Positions 60,144 through 64,000 of a stretch of DNA of 64,000 nucleotides are shown piece after piece. The position numbers and the translations under genes are program-made. The notes under the pieces are model-generated. The model made no database searches. It was not told the origin of the DNA and saw only the letters and a program-made list of their open reading frames with translations. The DNA lies in the NCBI GenBank assembly GCA_951406725.2, contig OX597842.1, forward strand, positions 26,040,001-26,104,000, in the 5' to 3' direction. Every line of letters starts with the position of its first letter. Position 1 is the first letter of the stretch. Source of the stretch: Octopus vulgaris (Eukaryota).

Positions 60144-61189
60144 TGACAATGATGATAATAATACTACTAATAACAATCTAATTAATAGAATTCTGTGAAC
60201 TTCACGGTGTCACAGTAATTATTTCGAAGCGAAAACATAAAAACTTAAGGAAAATATATTTCCTCGTCTTAAATAATAACTTCCAAACTGAAATGTTGGT
60301 TTGTTGTTTGTGAAAACCTATTATCGGCTGTTAGATGTGATATAGAGGAAATTCATTTGTAAAATGAGAAGAAAACGTTGTGATTAACGAGTAAAAACGA
60401 ACGGAGAACCGGCATAACTACAGATTCATGCCCCACCACTTTGGATGATCGTAACTTTAATTAAATATTCTACGAATATTTGTTAAAGTATGTAGATTCC
60501 GAATATACAAAACTTTTGTAGGAAAGTGCTTTTGGTGTGAGGAGTTTCGGAAAATTCAGCGGCGTCAACTTCAATTCTTCGTAACTTTCAAGAAAATAGA
60601 TGTTATATTTTTAAATGAAATTTTCTACAAATATACCTCGGACGATATAGATTCCGAGAAGGTAGGAATTTGGGGGCAAAACAATTCGGGGGTTACTTTT
60701 GAGGACCGTTCATTTATTTATTTTCTAAAATATTCCTTACTTCTTGCAACCTCTTCACTGGTTCTTGACCTTGTCCATTATTGGAGCTGTTTCTTTTTGT
60801 TTGTTGCTGTGCATGCGTCTGTATGCGGCAGCTTGCATGAATATACACGTATGTATATATATGTATTTATGCTTATACATACATACATATATATATATAC
60901 TATATATATGCATGTAAACAATTCATAAATAACGGCAAACGATAAAATTTCTAATGCCAAATATGCCGAAAAATTGGACGTATTGTCCATTAACCATATA
61001 ATTTTTTCACAATACGCACGCTAGTCGAAAAAAGGTCGACAGAAATTTCTAAAAAATTCCATTATTACCATTTTAAATTTTTTCGTTTGCCCTTATTTCT
61101 GGATTGTTTGTAAATTTAACCTTCAAAGGTATTTTTTAATATGCTGGCCATTGATAAATTTTTTATCGAAAAAAATTTTATCCTGCAAT

Positions 61190-61244
<55 letters not shown>

Positions 61245-61248
61245 CCTG

Positions 61249-61675
61249 GGTACTTGTCTATTGTCGTGGTCCCGGTTTCGCACACGCGAATTCGCACACT
61301 TCAATTTACTATTTTCTAGAAATGTTGCTTTTCTAATTGAAACAATTTTTCTCAATCTCCATTTAAAAGTCCATAATGCCTCTTGAGCCATATCAAAATG
61401 AACAACTTTGAATTACGCGGCGGCGGTGGTGGTGGTGGTGTGAGGTTCTAATTTTTTTTTCTGATCTCTCTTTGCCCCCTCTTTATCTCAGTTGTTCATT
61501 CCGCTAATATTTAGAAAAATTTTCGCGCCCAATTTTTGTTGTCGCGGGAAAAGATGAACGATTTAAAATAAATATATCTTAATTGTAGTGTGAGAAAGTA
61601 TATATATTCTGATGACAAAATATATTATCTTTCAAAAACATCCCAAATTTATAGACTATATCGTGTAGGTTTAAG

Positions 61676-61714
<39 letters not shown>

Positions 61715-63059
61715 ATGAAACATCTTTCATCTGTCTCCCCACCACACCTCCATCTAGGGGGCAAAGAGAGATCAGAAAAAAAAATTAGAACCTCACACCA
61801 CCACCACCACCGCCGCCGCGTAATTCAAAGTTGTTCATTTTGATATGTCTCAAGAGGCATTATGGACTTTTAAATGGAGATTGAGAAAAATTGTTTCAAT
61901 TAGAAAAGCAACATTTCTAGAAAATAGTAAATTGAAGTGTGAACACAGCACCTTACAGAGTATAAGTATATGACATTTATTTTTAAAATTTAACTTCATT
62001 TGTTTTATATTCTAAATAATTTGCAATTTCAAAAAATATATTAATTTTGCGTTTTTTAATTTGATAAATTCTACGGAATAATTTTGCGCGTTTTTTGATA
62101 AATTCTACGGAAAGAATTTAGTGCGAAAAATTTATACATTTATACACAAAGACCTGTTGAGGCAAGCGAAGTTGATATCGAACCTCATCCCACGACAGGC
62201 ACCCACGCCAACCCCTTTGCTTGCGAAGACATGTTGGGGCAAGTGTGGCACCCGGCAAATGCCAGGACCCCTGGACTGGTGGTACGTAAAAAGCACTATC
62301 CGAATCGTGGCCGATGCCAGAGCCGCCTCGACTGGCACCAATCCGACCGTGGCCGTTGCCAGCCTCGCCTGGCACCTGTGCGGGTGGCATGTAAAAAGCA
62401 CCCACTACACTCGGAGTGGTTGGCGTTAGGAAGGGCATCCAGCTGTAGAAACATTGCCAGATAAGACTGGAGTCTGGTGCAGCCTTCTGGCTTCCCAGAT
62501 CCCCGGTCGAACTGTCCAACCCATGCTGGCATGGAGAACGGACGTTAAACGATGATGATGATGAGAAGAAATTAATTCATTAAGTTTACCAAATTATATA
62601 CGTCTGTAAAAAAAAAAAAGTTTCACAAATTATATACGTTCGCGTTTGTGCAAAAAAAATTATTAACCAAGTTTTATAAATTATTTACTTTGTTCAAAAA
62701 ATATTATTAATATTAATTGATTTTCAAGAATTATTTAATTTATATAATTAATTCATTAATTTTATTCTGTAAAATAGTAATTAATTCATTTATCTGTAAA
62801 TCCGCGAGGAAAGCGACTATGTAATTTTTTTGTGTAAAATTGAAAATGTTATATATACACACACACACACACACACACATATATACATTTTTAGTGAAAT
62901 CCAACACCTTTTTTTTTTAGGGGGGGGGTAACGCGCATGCGCGAATTCTGCACTGCGCATGCGCAAGTCACCTCGTAGGATCTCGAGTATCGAGTACCTA
63001 CGTCTGGCGCGCGCGAATTCGCGTGTGCGAAACCGGGACCACGACAATAGACAAGTACC
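61249..63059. mobile_element. Non-autonomous Merlin-like DNA transposon with an internal hairpin and a nested RTE tail (62150-62563)
   Basis: Perfect 47-bp TIRs ggtacttgtctattgtcgtggtcccggtttcgcacacgcgaattcgc; 8-bp TSD catacctg (61241-61248, 63060-63067). Confidence 0.9.
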
Positions 63060-63077
63060 CATACCTGTATATACCCG

Positions 63078-63378
63078 GTGCTAGCTAGTCGTGCCTAGTC
63101 GATCTTACAAAGACTACATAACGCGAGTGCGCGACTAAAAATCACACTCGCATACGCTAGACATGTATGAGGTTTTTTTTAACAAATAATTTTTTTTAAA
63201 CAAAGAATATAAAACACAAAGTAAGTAATTTCTTTTATTGAGTCTTTTATTTACTTTGTTTAAGACAAAACCCATTTTATTTGATATATATTCTGCCATT
63301 ATATACATATATTATTATGCACGCATCTGTTAATTTGCATACTCGCGCTAGGATCGACCAGTCACGACAGACTAGCAC
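63078..63378. mobile_element. Small MITE-like element with degenerate ~30-bp inverted ends
   Basis: gtgctagctagtcgtgcctagtcgatctta compared with the reverse complement of the right end, gtgctagtctgtcgtgactggtcgatccta. Confidence 0.5.
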
Positions 63379-64000
63379 GAGTGCGCGCACCGAGACCATT
63401 CTTTTTGAGTAGTATTTTTGGTAGAGTATGGAGGACTGGTTATGTGGTCATGCTGCCTCTAAATTTTTTTTCATCCCCCTGCAATGCTTCTAGATGTCTC
63501 ACCAACGTATGTAATGTTCTTGTCTTTACAAGCACCCCACAAGAAAATCTCTGTCTATAGATGGGTAGAGGCGAATTATATCCATTCTACCCGGACACAA
63601 CCTGTGAGGTGTTCAGAGGGTTTGCAGCTATTGATTCTACTGAGGAGATCCTCCCTGCTCACAAAGACGTGTGTCGCCATTTCCGTGAGTGGTCGTAACC
63701 CCTGCGAGAGGAAGGAGAATAATTACCGTTGTCCCTTTTTTAATGAAGGACTCATGAAATTGTAAGATGTATTTGGAGTCAGGATTTTGCTCCTTGAGCC
63801 GACTCTACTTTTTGGGGTGTATAAAATATTAATGTTGATGATAATAATAATAATAATGATTTTTCTTTTTGTATTTTTTAAATATAAAACCTAAAATTTG
63901 TAGGAAGGGTACGAGTTAATTTCAGGGACTCGAGTGCTCTACTGCTTATTTTATTCACGTCGAAAGGATGAAAGTCGACCTCAGTGGAAGTCATACTTTG

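Noticed and set aside
63420-63860. Possible LINE 3' end before a (taa)n tail
   Set aside because: Only weak protein resemblance; it cannot be assigned.

Overview
Repeat-dense, AT-rich animal genomic DNA. The SINE families, giant (TA)n tracts and clustered C2H2 genes suggest an octopus (coleoid cephalopod), which is an inference. Genes: two coding exons of a USH1G/SANS (ANKS4B-family) ankyrin-SAM gene on + (24833-25054 and 28547-29438; exon 1 not found, presumably upstream of the window), and a tandem cluster of three minus-strand C2H2 zinc-finger genes with reading-frame lesions (about 40-58 kb). A probable fourth paralog's first exon faces right at about 60.1 kb. The third ZNF gene contains 21 near-identical 84-bp finger repeats. 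The rest is layered mobile DNA: tRNA-derived SINEs (two of them amplified into tandem arrays), RTE and CR1-group LINE fragments, a Gypsy integrase relic, mariner/Tc1 relics, Merlin-like MITEs with 8-bp TSDs, non-autonomous Helitrons, (TA)n-flanked Penelope-like pieces with hammerhead-ribozyme-like cores, and a deleted tRNA-Glu. Most long ORFs in the track are microsatellite artefacts. All family names come from motif recognition by eye, not from database searches.
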